From positions 1,674,001-1,738,000 of the forward strand of contig JBLDXI010000031.1 in assembly GCA_047495785.1 (NCBI GenBank): DNA of 64,000 nt, given 5' to 3'. The DNA is from Lepidodermella squamata. Its lineage: Eukaryota; Animalia; Gastrotricha. The position numbers were made by a program, and so were the translations under genes. The notes below the pieces were generated by a model. That model was not told the origin of the DNA. It was given only the letters and a program-made list of their open reading frames with translations, and did no database searches. Positions 36,919-56,332 of the stretch are shown one piece after another; position 1 is the first letter of the stretch, and each line of letters starts with the position of its first letter.

Positions 36919-39594
36919 ATGACCTCACAGCAGCCACTGGCTACAATAAACGGAAATATCGCTGCTTCCAGCGAGAATAACCACGAATTTGAAGATATCG
37001 ACGAGCGAGTTGAGCGGCTGAGTTGTTCAAAGCCCCTCGCAATATGCCGCCGGTTGCCGTCACACGCCGATGGCGATGACGACTGTTTCGATCAGTCTAA
37101 TTCTTCATCAGCTTCATCCTCAAATAACCAGCAACAACAGCAACAGCAACAAAAGTCCCTAATCGAACCAACTCATCATTTGTTGAAAAATGAGGTCGGC
37201 GTTTCGCGCCTGCAATCGACAACACAAATCGAACTGGCGGCGCATTATAAAGAAATTCTGAAAGGCATCGGTGAAAACCCGGAACGGCAGGGCCTGCTGA
37301 AAACGCCGACTCGCGCCGCTAATGCACTGCTTTTCCTTACGAAAGGCTACGAGCAAAAATTATCAGGTAGAGCTACTTGAAGTTTTTACTCAATTTCCGA
37401 TTCGATTTATTTTTCTAGACATATTAAACGACGCGGTTTTCGACGAAGACCACGACGAAATGGTGATTGTTCGCGATATTGAAATGTTTTCTATGTGCGA
37501 ACACCATATGGTGCCGTTTTTCGGACGGGTTAGTTTTATATATTTTTTTAAATTATTTAACGATTTTTCTTTCCTTCTCAGGTGTCAATAGGCTATTTGC
37601 CGAATAAGCGCGTTCTCGGGCTGAGTAAATTGGCGCGTATTGTTGAAGTCTACAGCCGGCGTCTTCAAAGTAATGCATCGTGTGATTTTTGAATAGAAAA
37701 TGTTGATTGATTTTTTGTGTTTCGCTGATTGCAGTTCAAGAAAGGCTGACTAAGCAAATCGCACTAGCGCTGACGGAAGCCGTTCGGCCGGCCGGCGTCG
37801 GTGTTGTCATCGAGGCGACGTAAGTCCCACGAGGCCATTGTCTAATTTCGCATAGCGCTATAAGAAATATTTGTTTCCCTGAATAATTTGAAGAAAATTG
37901 CGGTAAAATGACAAAATCAACGTTGTTTCCAAGATAATTCTGAAATTTCCGAGAAAATTTAAGCACTTAATTTTTTTGTCATTAAAACAAACACGCCGTC
38001 AAGCTTATATTTTTCCACGTTTTTCATTCCATGTATTTTGCCGTTGGCGTTTAAATTTGCGAGCTCGTCTTCTGCTATAATTCGAGCCCTCACGGGCGGG
38101 CGCATCTTCTTTTTTGCGGGGCTTCCACAATGCTATAGGTGCCAGCAAATAACATGCTTAGCGCTCAGTTTTATCAGCTGCTTGCGTGATATGATGACGC
38201 TTTTCGTCAATTTTTGAACTGGATCCAGCCAATTGAAAACTTGAAAATGTCAAGAAAGAATGAAGTTGTGTGTAATGTAATGCGAAAAGTCAGTCGAAGT
38301 ACGTCAAGTTGAACATGCTAAAATGCGGTGAAAGTTGCCTTAACCGGTCTAAGATCGCGCCGGTCCGATTTAGATTATGAAATATCAAGTTATATCTAGA
38401 ACTTTACAAATTTCACAATGTTTTAACTGATTTTGGATATTAAATTCCTTCATTTCCACAATTATAAATTGCAAATTATAAATAATTGAAATGTACTGCT
38501 ACCGGTGTGACTGGCCGATTATAATTTTGAAAAATTATCAAATTAATTAAAAAAATATTTACTGGGCAAGTGTTTGCATTTTTCTCATCCAAATCGTCAA
38601 ATTGACCTTTTTTAAGCCTTACAGAGCTTATAGAGTTACAACTAGGTTTATAGAATTCGGTTGGTTGCCATGTCAAGTCCACATTTTCTGCTCGAGCCGC
38701 CCAAAATGGCGTGGTTTAGAAAACTGTATAATAATTTGAAAATTACGGCATTTTTCGGGATATTTTTTTCCGATTTTATACGTCACCTTCCGGTCATATT
38801 CGAAGCCTCTCCTGCGCAGCATTGTTTTATGTGTAGTTTGAGACAATAGAGAGAGAGAGATAGAGCAAATAAAATTCGTAGCCGAGAGCTGCATCAGCTG
38901 CATGCACGATACATGTTTGCTATCATTTTTTGCACTAAAATCATCATGGAGAATTGAAAGTTTTGTCACGGCACCAACTAAAGATGACATTTTTCACTAA
39001 TAAGAAATGCTAAATGGAAAATGCGTTTTTTTGATCGAATATTCGTGTTGCTATGATGAAATATTGTACCATCGATTTTTGAGATATTAATTTGCGAGTT
39101 TCCGACGATAAAATTGTTTAAATGTGGAAAAATGTCGGATTTGGCAGAAAATTGAAACAATTAAATTGAAAATATAAGCAATTCTGCAACAAATCGCAAA
39201 AATCGTGGCATAATTTTAATTGGGTCCTCCTGTTGTAGCGGAACCAAATTTATTGGACCTGGAACCATTTTCAGAACTTCCGAAGATGTTATTATAATCC
39301 TTTTTTAATGAAGCTGATAAAGTTTTACCACAAGCTTCTTAATTTTGTGTTGAACTCTAGAACGGTATGCGCTTAACGGGGAGTTTAAACGTTACACATA
39401 TTGTTAACTGATAATTAATTGATTATTTTCTAATTTTATGGCTTTTATTTTCCAGGCACATGTGCATGGTGATGCGCGGCGTGCAGAAGCTGAACTCGAA
39501 AACGCTGACGAGTACGATGCTGGGCGTGTTTCGCGACGATCCGAAGACGCGCGAGGAATTCTTGACCTTGATTCGGACACAACCCAGCTATTAG
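36919..39594 (+). CDS. GCH1: GTP cyclohydrolase I. Exons: 36919-37366, 37419-37528, 37582-37669, 37735-37819, 39456-39594
   Basis: Motifs [63 protein letters not shown] and [12 protein letters not shown]. Splice phases are consistent. Confidence 0.96.
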
Positions 39595-41081
39595 TTGATT
39601 GTTTCTCTTATATATACAAAAAAAATTAATATATATATTACAATCTCAGTTCATGCTTTTATTCACTGTTTCTACGTGTAACCGACGTCGGTGTTTGCAA
39701 AATCATTGTAACCTGTTGCTTTGAAATACTGCCTTGAAATAGTGCGAATCCTGTGTGCGTTCATTACATAGCTTTGTTTGAGTCTCATGACTTTGGTGAC
39801 TGGAGTGTGGAAAAAATTAATAAAAAAATATGAATAAATTTTGGCTTCTAAAAGTAGGATTTTGAATTTTTAGCTAAAACTGTAGCTGGGGAAATACTGA
39901 AGCTCCTCGTTAATTTAGCGATAGCATCTAATCGACTTAGCCTTTTTTAATAATGAATTCTCAATTTTTTCGAGCACGTCTGAGATCTTCCGAATTCTCT
40001 CGGTAACTATTTTTCACTCGTTTCTCGGTTTATTTGATATAAGATGGATGGTCAAGTTTTACTCATTTTCTCCAAATAATAATAATGATGATGATGATGA
40101 ATCTCGCGCTGATTATCTGCGATAATATGCGAAGTGTGTATGAAAAATCTGTATTTTCTATCTACGCGACAATATTTATAGTATTTTGATGTGCAAGTCG
40201 TTACTATTTGCTATCATCGTAATCGTATTTTAACGCCGGGAATTTTATCACTGTTATGTACCGTGAGGAGCTTTATTCTGTAGAATCTATCACGTTGGTG
40301 TTGATGAAAGTGGACTAGGAGGCGAGCAGCATGAAAATGAAATAAATGCGATGTTTCGTCGATTTGAAAGCGTATTTCCGACGGTTTTTTCCTAATTTCT
40401 GGTGATGGCGAATTGATTGATAAACGAACTTGCCAAGTGGCCATTTCAAGCACTGGCTTTCTCCAAATTAGGGTTTCCAAGTTTAACTGAAATCTTCAAT
40501 TTCTTTCCCAAGCTGATCATAGGCCTGAACATACCTAAAATAACAACTAGCATCATTGTCGATCAAGAAGGCCTGAAATTGCAAAAGTTCAAAAACCAGC
40601 AATTTTCCGATAATAGGTAGCAGGAAGCCTAAATTGAAAGCTATACCACGTACTAATGAAAACGGTATATGAAAAGTATTCGGGTTACCAGATATGAATT
40701 ATGGCAGCCCAAGGACGCAAAGTGTAACAATATCTACCTATCTATTCTCACCGAGTTTTCATGACATCTTGGACATTCTGGGTGTTTCACCCCTCTGACA
40801 TCTCCGAGAGCAAATGTTTTTGCCAAAGATATCAATGGTCATGTTATTAAGGCTGCATTATTCCCACTGTAAAGCAAGGAAAAGTTCAAGAAATTTTTCA
40901 GACTTAGTTCTTGTAGAAATTAAAGAAATCTACCAGATGATATGATATTAATTAGGTATTGGAAAATTTACAGAAACAAGACCTGATGTAAAATAGTTAG
41001 GACAAAAGGCTTCAGTGGGCATGAAACAACTGGCAAATATATCCTGTGGCTGTCCATTTGCGGGCGAAAAAAAGTTAGCTT

Positions 41082-41153
41082 TAGCAGAGCGTAGTTTCGA
41101 TCTACAGACCTCTGGGTTATGGGCCCAGCGCGCTTCCACTGCGCCACTCTGCT
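41082..41153 (-). tRNA. Initiator tRNA-Met (CAT)
   Basis: 72 nt, A1:T72 pair, GGG/CCC anticodon stem, GATCG T-loop typical of eukaryotic initiator tRNA, oligo-T terminator downstream. Confidence 0.96.
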
Positions 41154-41364
41154 GCTGCTTATAATGTATTTTTCAACCTCTAAGACAACTTGAAAGAATT
41201 GCATTCTTGAGATCACGAGAATACTCCACCAAGCTAAAATTGTTGCATCCAAGTACCGGAAGTACCGGAAGCAACGTCTTAGTCAGTAACCGCTTAATTG
41301 ATTCGTAATAATGAGTAAATTCTTAGATTGATATATACACTTCGAGGAAACCGTATTTCAGTGC

Positions 41365-41436
41365 AGCAGAGTGGCGCAGTGGAAGCGCGCTGGGCCCATA
41401 ACCCAGAGGTCTGTAGATCGAAACTACGCTCTGCTA
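41365..41436 (+). tRNA. Initiator tRNA-Met (CAT)
   Basis: Identical to the 41082-41153 copy; T-run terminator at about 41446. Confidence 0.96.
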
Positions 41437-41573
41437 AAGCTCACCTTTTTTATTTATTCCTCGCTTTTCACGCGCAATTTATCACATATATTGGAGAATT
41501 TTCAGTGCCTTTTTCAGTACTTCATTATGAGTCCCCCGCTCATGGCTTCAACACAACACGGTTCCAAACTTGA

Positions 41574-42455
41574 TTAAAACTGCGGTTTTTTAGTTAATAT
41601 TTCTTGTTGGGTAATCACATCAGTTTTCTTCGGATATTCATTGCAAAAAAAGTTCACAAGTAATTGAGCATCGATGTCGACAGCCTGTTCCGACATGTGA
41701 AGCCCATCACCCTTGAAATCTCGATTGGCAGCCTCGACTTGACGCAGCGATTTCCACAGGAATATGTTTGACGACGAATTGAAAACGCTAACAGCCGCAT
41801 CGTTGTAGGCAGATATTCGATCATTGGTTAGTGTTTGTCGGTTGACGGTTAACAAATTCCCGATCGTATCTTCCTGTATCTGCCAAACAACAGCTGGGAA
41901 TTTCTCCAACACAGGCTTCAATTTTTCTAATCTAGACCGATATTCCGGGAGTAAGTCTTTGTGGTAGCTCGACTTTATGGTATGGCAAGCGGAGCCTGCA
42001 ATTAGAAGGTTCGGCTTAGATGCCAGTCGCCTTTCTAACTCGGCAATCATATCGTTGTCGGGTAGAATTTTACTAGTGAAAGACAGCACAGCTCCACTAA
42101 CATTGTCTCTAAACTCCGTTTTCAAACACCTGGTCGGTTGGGAAACGAAGATCTTTTCGATTAGCTTGAGAAGCTTTGCCTGTGCCAGGAATTGATGACA
42201 CGTTCGCGAATCGCCGACGAAAGCTATCGTTTTGTTTTGGAGGCACGCCCGGACTTCATCTAGATTCATGAGGGTCATGTTTCCGTTGCCGGGGTAGATC
42301 TCGAGGGAGCTGGCTTGGTCCTTTTTACGCGATTTGTTGACATTCTCACTGGTTGATGTTCTCTCTGGAATCCTGTGATAGCTGACAGATATGCCAAGTA
42401 GGCCAAAAGCCAGTAGATTCAATGCAATCAGCTTCAATCTCAAACCAGCGATCAT
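41574..42455 (-). CDS. Stand-alone CASD1-like SGNH O-acetyltransferase/esterase domain protein with an N-terminal signal anchor, intronless
   Basis: CLQNKTIAFVGDSR (GDS nucleophile motif), LTNDRISAYNDAAVSV, DGLH (DxxH) and LLVNFFCN closely resemble the lumenal domain of CASD1. The ORF stops before any multi-TM domain. Confidence 0.8.
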   Translation of the reverse strand: MIAGLRLKLIALNLLAFGLLGISVSYHRIPERTSTSENVNKSRKKDQASSLEIYPGNGNMTLMNLDEVRACLQNKTIAFVGDSRTCHQFLAQAKLLKLIEKIFVSQPTRCLKTEFRDNVSGAVLSFTSKILPDNDMIAELERRLASKPNLLIAGSACHTIKSSYHKDLLPEYRSRLEKLKPVLEKFPAVVWQIQEDTIGNLLTVNRQTLTNDRISAYNDAAVSVFNSSSNIFLWKSLRQVEAANRDFKGDGLHMSEQAVDIDAQLLVNFFCNEYPKKTDVITQQEILTKKPQF

Positions 42456-43660
42456 GCTATAGATTCAGCAACGCACGAAGTCGTAACTTTCATTTTCGCT
42501 TGCTATTTAGAGAAAAAAGATCGTATGTATGATATATATGTATAAAGGCAAGGAGGAAAGATAGGAAAACATAAAGTTCAGGTTAAGGGCGGCTGTCGCC
42601 CGTAGAGTGCTCTATTATAATGAAATAAATCTACATTGCTGTAGTCTTTGGCAGCGATATACCTGATATGTAGTGATGTTTCGTTGAAACATTTTAGTAA
42701 AATTTTTCTTTGCATAGTGATCAAATTAATGCAACGTCAATTTGTGCGTATTGATTATTGATTTCTGCCATTCAAAAATGTGTTGGTTTCAGTAGTTATT
42801 ACCAGTGGGCTCATGAATATTTTAAGCAAAGCAAACATTGCCTCTAGTCTTTTAGGACACTATAGGAACGGCTGGAAGATTTATTCATTTCATCGAAAAT
42901 CAGATTGCTGAATGGCTGAATGATGCTGAATTAGCATCAATTTAGCACAGTGAAGACGGCATTCTTTCTCCAGCTGCTTTTCCTTTCAGCAGAGCTGATG
43001 TTTCACGAGATTATCAAAGACACGGCTATGAGTACTAGCATTAGAGCTTTGCTTCCAATGTTCCTTTCGAACATCGATACAATCAACATCGATGATCGGC
43101 ACAAAAGGTGTGTACCTAACCTTCACTTTGATAAATTTATCTTGATTGTGAGATAACTTATCGAAGTGTGCATTTTATTGCTTGAGGGAGCTGGCTGGTT
43201 CTTTTCGAGGCGATTTGTTTGTTTTAAAGATATAAAAAGGTTGAATAGAATAGTTACAGTTTTCGCGTATTAAAATTGAACTTGTTTTTCGTGGGTGCGT
43301 AAGCAGCGATATACACAGCCCATGACAATATTATGTATTTAAAAACTCATCAAAACCCACTACCCTCTGTCTGGCCAATTACACGAGTCCATGCGTAGGA
43401 CGACGACGAAACCTGTTGCCAAGCTGCTGGCGCCGGGATCTTATCTATGAAGAGCTTCTCAAATAGCATTAAATACCCTCAGACAATCAGGCAATTATGC
43501 ACTCTTCGATGTGCAGACGAGAGCTATCTACAATGGCGTCAGGGCGGGCGCCACAAGAGGAGAAGATTTGCTAATAACCTTGAGACCTACCTGGAGGATT
43601 TCTCAGTTGACCATTTTTCAATGAAACATTTTCGAGCGAACGAAAAAACTTGCCAATAAA

Positions 43661-50922
<7,262 letters not shown>

Positions 50923-51249
50923 ACATAAATGCGACCTATGCCTTGTTATTTCGAATATTTGCGTCGAACTGAATATTTATATAATATCAAAGCTTTCTTC
51001 ATTTCATTTTCCATTGCCAGGGCAATTAATGCTTTGCCGATCTATGTTACCTTGTAATTGTTCGCGTGAACGACTGCTATTATTTTAATGCCTCCTTTAT
51101 CTGATTTTACGTCTGTGGTAACAATAATGGTGGTGTTTTTTACCTTTGGCACTCAGCACTCAGAGTGGCAAATAAATCCGGCAACACTCAATAAAAACGA
51201 TTCAACGTCAAGTACTCAGTGGTAGGATATTGCTTGAGATTCCTTGCGC

Positions 51250-51299
51250 AGCAGAGTGGCGCAGTGGAAGCGCGCTGGGCCCATAACCCAACTCTACTA
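51250..51299 (+). pseudogene. tRNAi-Met pseudogene lacking the variable loop and T arm
   Basis: The first 41 nt are identical to the 41365 tRNA and join directly to actctacta, a degenerate version of the 3' acceptor strand gctctgcta. Confidence 0.85.
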
Positions 51300-51332
51300 A
51301 CTAAGCTATTTGGAGACTTTTGTGTTATTTAT

Positions 51333-54089
51333 TCATCGAAAATTAGTGGTTATAAGGAGCAGAATTCCGGCTAAAGCACAGGTCAAAGACAATGCAGAGG
51401 CAAACAATCTTGCCGAGTTGTATGTATTTTCTTGTGAATCACCTCCACGTATTTCTTTGCTTCTATTCGAATCGGAAGCCTGATTTTTCTCCAGCGAATT
51501 TTTATTTTTGGCTAGTTTCGACCTCGCTGAAGGTTTGGATTCGGTTGTTAGTCGTATTGGTTCGGATTTGATCGAAGCGGGAGTATTTGCTACTTCCATA
51601 GGATTCAAACTGCTAGTCGTTTCCGGCGAGTGAATTGGTCCTGCTGTCGATATTCCAACATCGAGAGCAACAGTTGTAGTCGAGGTATCAACAATTTGAA
51701 CTTCATTATCTGGAACTTCAAGTTCTTCCGTTGACGGAATTCCAGTGGAATTTCTAGGATCTTGAATGCCTCTTTTACGGCAAACCTCCTCGAGCAGTGA
51801 AATTTCAGGTTGATGAAGAGCCTTATCGTGAACTAAGATACACGCCAACCGATCGCCAGTAGCGTGGCCGAGATTTCCAGGCAGCAGCCTTATCTTAGGC
51901 TTGTAATGCTCAGATTGCACGTTGAACGAAGCTTCTAGATCATCAAGCAACCGCCCATCCTTCGCATAGGTCTTCAACTTCTGCGGCGATCGGTCCCAGG
52001 TGATTGCGAAGAATATCCAGCGATTCAATATACATTCAACATCCGACTTCGAAGCGACAGCCTTCCTCTCCGGAAGCAAGAGCAAAACTATTAAAGATCC
52101 CTGCCGACACACTAAACTAACAGTCTCTGCACCAAGCTTTGTCTTAGCGACACTTGGATTCAGATCCATCGTTATGATGTATTGACTTCCTGAAAATGCC
52201 TTCGCGTGGTAATAGAACCCACTCACCGTGAAACCGGTGCGGTCTGATTTTTCAAATGGCATGTCCCAATCGGCAAACCACGCGTGAGGCGAGGAAGCGG
52301 TAAAATTATCGCCTATAAACTGAATTGCTGAATCCGGCTCACCAAACGGACCGTCAGCCCAGGTTAGAGATGGATGAAATTCGAAATTATGTTTAGCAAC
52401 CTCAATTTTCCTATCTAAAATATTGATCAGGCCATGGCTCTTGTCCAAAGGTGCGAAATAGAGCACATCTTTCAGGAATTCATGCGAAATCCGATCATTC
52501 CTCTTAGAGGAGCATAGCTGGCTCAAGAAATCCGGGTAAGTCATGCGATTGCCACCAGGGCAGTAGCAAGTCATGTCTTGAAGGTCATTTCGAAAAATAG
52601 CAACTTTGAAAATTCCTAGGCAGGACAATCCGGTTAATGAGGTGGAAATATGTGGACCTATGAGAATTGAATTTCCAGAATGGTTGTTAGCGACAGCTTT
52701 CGTCTTGGTGGTCAGGGTCCTTTTTTCATTAAGCCAAGTCAGGCTTAGGCGAGTCCCGTTGCTGTGAAGTGACAAAGCCACAAAATTCCAACTGCTGCGC
52801 ATGAGATCCGGATTGAAGTTCAGCCGCCGATTTTCCTGTTTGAAATCAAGTGTTAGGGTCGCGCAGTTATCCGACACCTGTAATGACATGTAATTCTCCA
52901 TTTCGAACAGTTTGATGTACTCAGCTTTTTCCGAATTCGGGCAAAACATGTAAAACGTAAATGTCCATTGGTCTTTTGGTAAGGAGATGGCGCTGTAACT
53001 TGCGACCCAATTAATGTCACACGAGGCTGGAATCAGAAAATCGTCTTGGCCGAGCTTCGAAAAGTCGTTGAGGGCGGCGTTGATCATCTGAGGGAATCTG
53101 AGTTCGACTAAATCAACGAATTGGCTGTCCTTATCTAAAGGGAAGAAAGCCGTAATTATGTCGCGTCTCGGACCTCGATATTTCGGAGACATGAGGCATT
53201 TTTCCGACCAAGGTTGATTCATTTGCTGTTCCCGCAATCGACACGGCAGTAGAGTGATTTCCCGCTGGCTCAGCTTCGAGTTGAAAAACACAACATTTGA
53301 AATCATATCGCTTTGAAGAAATGAAGCGAATGCTACATCTGCCCGAAGCCGTTGGTCATTCGTTGTTCGATGCTGAGCAGCTGATAGGCTGTGGTGGAAA
53401 ATTACCTCCTTCGACACGGAATCGTAAGATAGCGCTTCAAAGTGCCAAGTATTTGATGGGATGGTCCCTTTCAGCTTGCTCGTGCCCATCGTTGCACTAT
53501 CAAGTTTATCTGAGGAGTTTCCGATGACCCAAAACACAGGGCGAAAGTCGTACGATATACCAATAACCATCACCGGGTCTTTCCCTGATGGGGTCAAAGC
53601 ATCGCCGATTTGTGCAACTACGGCCTTAAACTTCAAATTGCCTTTGTAGATGTAATAAGCAAGTGTGAAGCTTGATACATCGTTGCACTTCGTCCGGTAA
53701 CGCGCGGCGTAATCGATATTCACAAAGTTTTCAAATTTTGAGCTGATACTCGTATGCATGAGCGCGAACGGGCCGCCAATCTCGTCGTAGCCGTTTGGGT
53801 ACATGATTGACAAGCTTTCCTGGTTGCGATTCACTGGACTGACGTAGGTTAGCTTGTCACTGACGTTTTTGCCATCGATTTGTTGTCGGTGGCTGAATTC
53901 GACGTGGGCGCAAAGATCAGGCCGCAGCAACGGGTCAGCTTCTTCCTCGTTCGAGAAAGCTGTCAAAATTTAGATTATAGAATTTGCTTAAATCGATTTC
54001 CCAATTATACCAAACCAAAACCATCCATTATACTACTCACCTGCTATTAAGATGCAAATTAGAAGGCCAAGCAGTTTGCATGGAAACAT
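51333..54089 (-). CDS. Cell-surface protein with about 3 LamG/pentraxin/ConA-like domains, an S/T-rich stalk and a probable GPI signal. Exons: 54089-54041, 53959-51333
   Basis: Signal exon MFPCKLLGLLICILIA. Three internal repeats carry FPLD/FAPLD, W[HNI]F.A[LI][ST][YLW] and L...EI..L motifs. The C-terminus is hydrophobic. The fold assignment is by motif resemblance only. Confidence 0.75.
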
Positions 54090-56332
54090 GACCGGAATAT
54101 TGTGGCTAAGTCGACGCGCACGGAAACAAAATTTGGATTTGGTATGATTAAGGAGGAAGTTTTAAAACCCGCGATGCTCTGATTTTTCATTATATTTTTT
54201 CACGCAATTTCAGATCTGTTTCCCGCGAACTTTTATTGGCCGAAAAATTCCGCAGAAGGCGGATTCGATGCGCATGAGGAGTTTCGAACAATTGAGGAAT
54301 TCCATTGGCAAAAGAATGCTTGAAATTCTTCAACTTCTTAAAACTCCTCAATAAATTGATGCGCATCGAATTCGCCTTCTGCGGAACTATTTGGCCACCG
54401 TGTATTGATGAAGAAATTTCGTTCGGTCTATTACTTCTCTTTATTGCGTTTTGCGTGGCTATAAGAGGTAATGTGATAGGTCTTTTCGGATGGCTATTGA
54501 GATAGGTATTGAGCCACGCCAGTAAAAAAGTCAGCATTTACGCCACTTTTCAAGTTTTTTTATAACCTCGACACGTGTTGAGCATTATTCTATTACACAA
54601 GAAAAACTCCACGTTCATTCAACCGCGAGATGGCACCTTTGTTTCTCATGGAGAATCTAGTTGGTTTTTTTGCGTAGTTGTCGACTTGTTTTGAGTATTA
54701 TGCAAACTAGCCGCACGCTTGGCACGAGGCAACAACTTGCTTATTACGACAGCTAACCGACGATGAGCAGCTTAATAGAAAATGTACACAAACAGCATGT
54801 TTAGTTACAATCTGCCGCCGTGACTCTTTATTAGCTTCTAATGAAAGTATTATCTACCTTCAACTTCCGATTACGCTTTTGTGTAAACAAAAAATTGATT
54901 TCTAGCCTAGTCACCGCCAAACAAGGTATGCTATTCTGAACATGTTATTTTCCAATTTCCTATGCTCACAAATAGAGTCAAGTGTCTATGAATACATAAC
55001 TCGGACTTGTATATTGATTTCTTCTCGGCCGTTTTGAAAGCCACTAAAAATCGCCCTAATTTTGTTATGATGGCACTGCCAGAAGCTTCTGAGAAAGAAT
55101 CCATATCCCCACCGGTCACTGGCTCTCACTTGCTGGCTTAAACACCGTATATTGCTGCGTTGCCTCTTCGCATTTCGATTGATTATCGCGCCGGCGCTTC
55201 GGCGCCACCGCTTTCACTCCCTATACTAATAAAATATATGCCCGCGTAACTGTGATCCAGAGAGCTACGGCGAATAAAAACAGCTCGATTCTTGTATTTG
55301 ATTACACTCAGTGCGCTGCGATATATTATTATTATTATATATCGCAATAGTTGAATAAAAAATCAAATTTTTCCCTGCTCTCGCGCTATGCTCTGCGCTT
55401 CTCTATTTTTTCCTCTCGCAGCGACTAGTGCGTGGCACTTGACACTTTTTGGCCAAGTTTCTACGATAACAAGTCGCCGATAAGCATAATGCGATAACGC
55501 TGGGGTTCAGGTGTTTTTTAGACCTCATTATAACACTTTTATTACCTCAATACCCATGAGTGGGCTGGTGCCCGTAGATCCAGTGCTGGCGCAGACCAAG
55601 TAAGTTATGCAAAACACTCGATCATTGAGCTAATTTTCTGTCGTAAAAAGTCGAACACTTGACATTCAAGCGCGATTCGACGCCATTGATGAGCAGTGGA
55701 ATAATGCTGTCACTAGAACGGTAGCTGCCCTCGCAATCGGAGTTTTCTTGGTAAATTATTAATTCATCTGAAGTGTCAATTGTTAAGGTTATACGGCCTT
55801 CTAGGCAGTTATCGCTGCAGCGCTTTTGATGCGGCACCGTGCTACCAGACGCCATCGAACTTGCCCAGCTGCACTTCGGTGTTGGCCGTTCCACTTCGAT
55901 GAAGCCAAACGGCCACTAGTGACAGATGAAGACGCCAATTCTAATGCTTCTCGATTTTGAAATTAATCTTTTTGGCAAAATAAAATTCAACAGTCTCCCT
56001 TTTTAATTGTGACAAATACAACCAAAAGTCACTCATTCTCACTTTTGTCTAGGTTCAAGGTTAATTTTCAACTTTTAATGCCTGTTTACTTTTTCATTCC
56101 CGAGCTCATCTCAACGAAGGAAGCGGTTTTCAATTAACTGCCAAATCAATTCGAAAACAATTGTTCTTCAGACTTTATTGCTTTATAAAATATGCTGTCT
56201 CGCTGTGGTCGCCTTAGGCAATCTCATCCGAGTTAAAAAGACAAGCAAAATCGATGCTATTCGCGGTATTATTATTTACCTCATAAATTGCTAATAAGAT
56301 GAACATGAAGAGCGAGCAAAAAGCTAACAAGT

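Noticed and set aside
40948-41577. Small ORFs MEARWAHNPEV... and MAQWKRAGP...
   Set aside because: They are translations of the tRNA genes.
55193-55206. ggcgc-ttcg-gcgcc hairpin, a possible Helitron 3' end or structured RNA
   Set aside because: Only a 5-bp stem, with no clear CTRR terminus or other supporting structure.
55622-55894. 90-aa minus-strand ORF, and the moderately GC-rich ORFs at 57821-58172
   Set aside because: Non-ATG starts, no recognisable motifs and no consistent splice structure.
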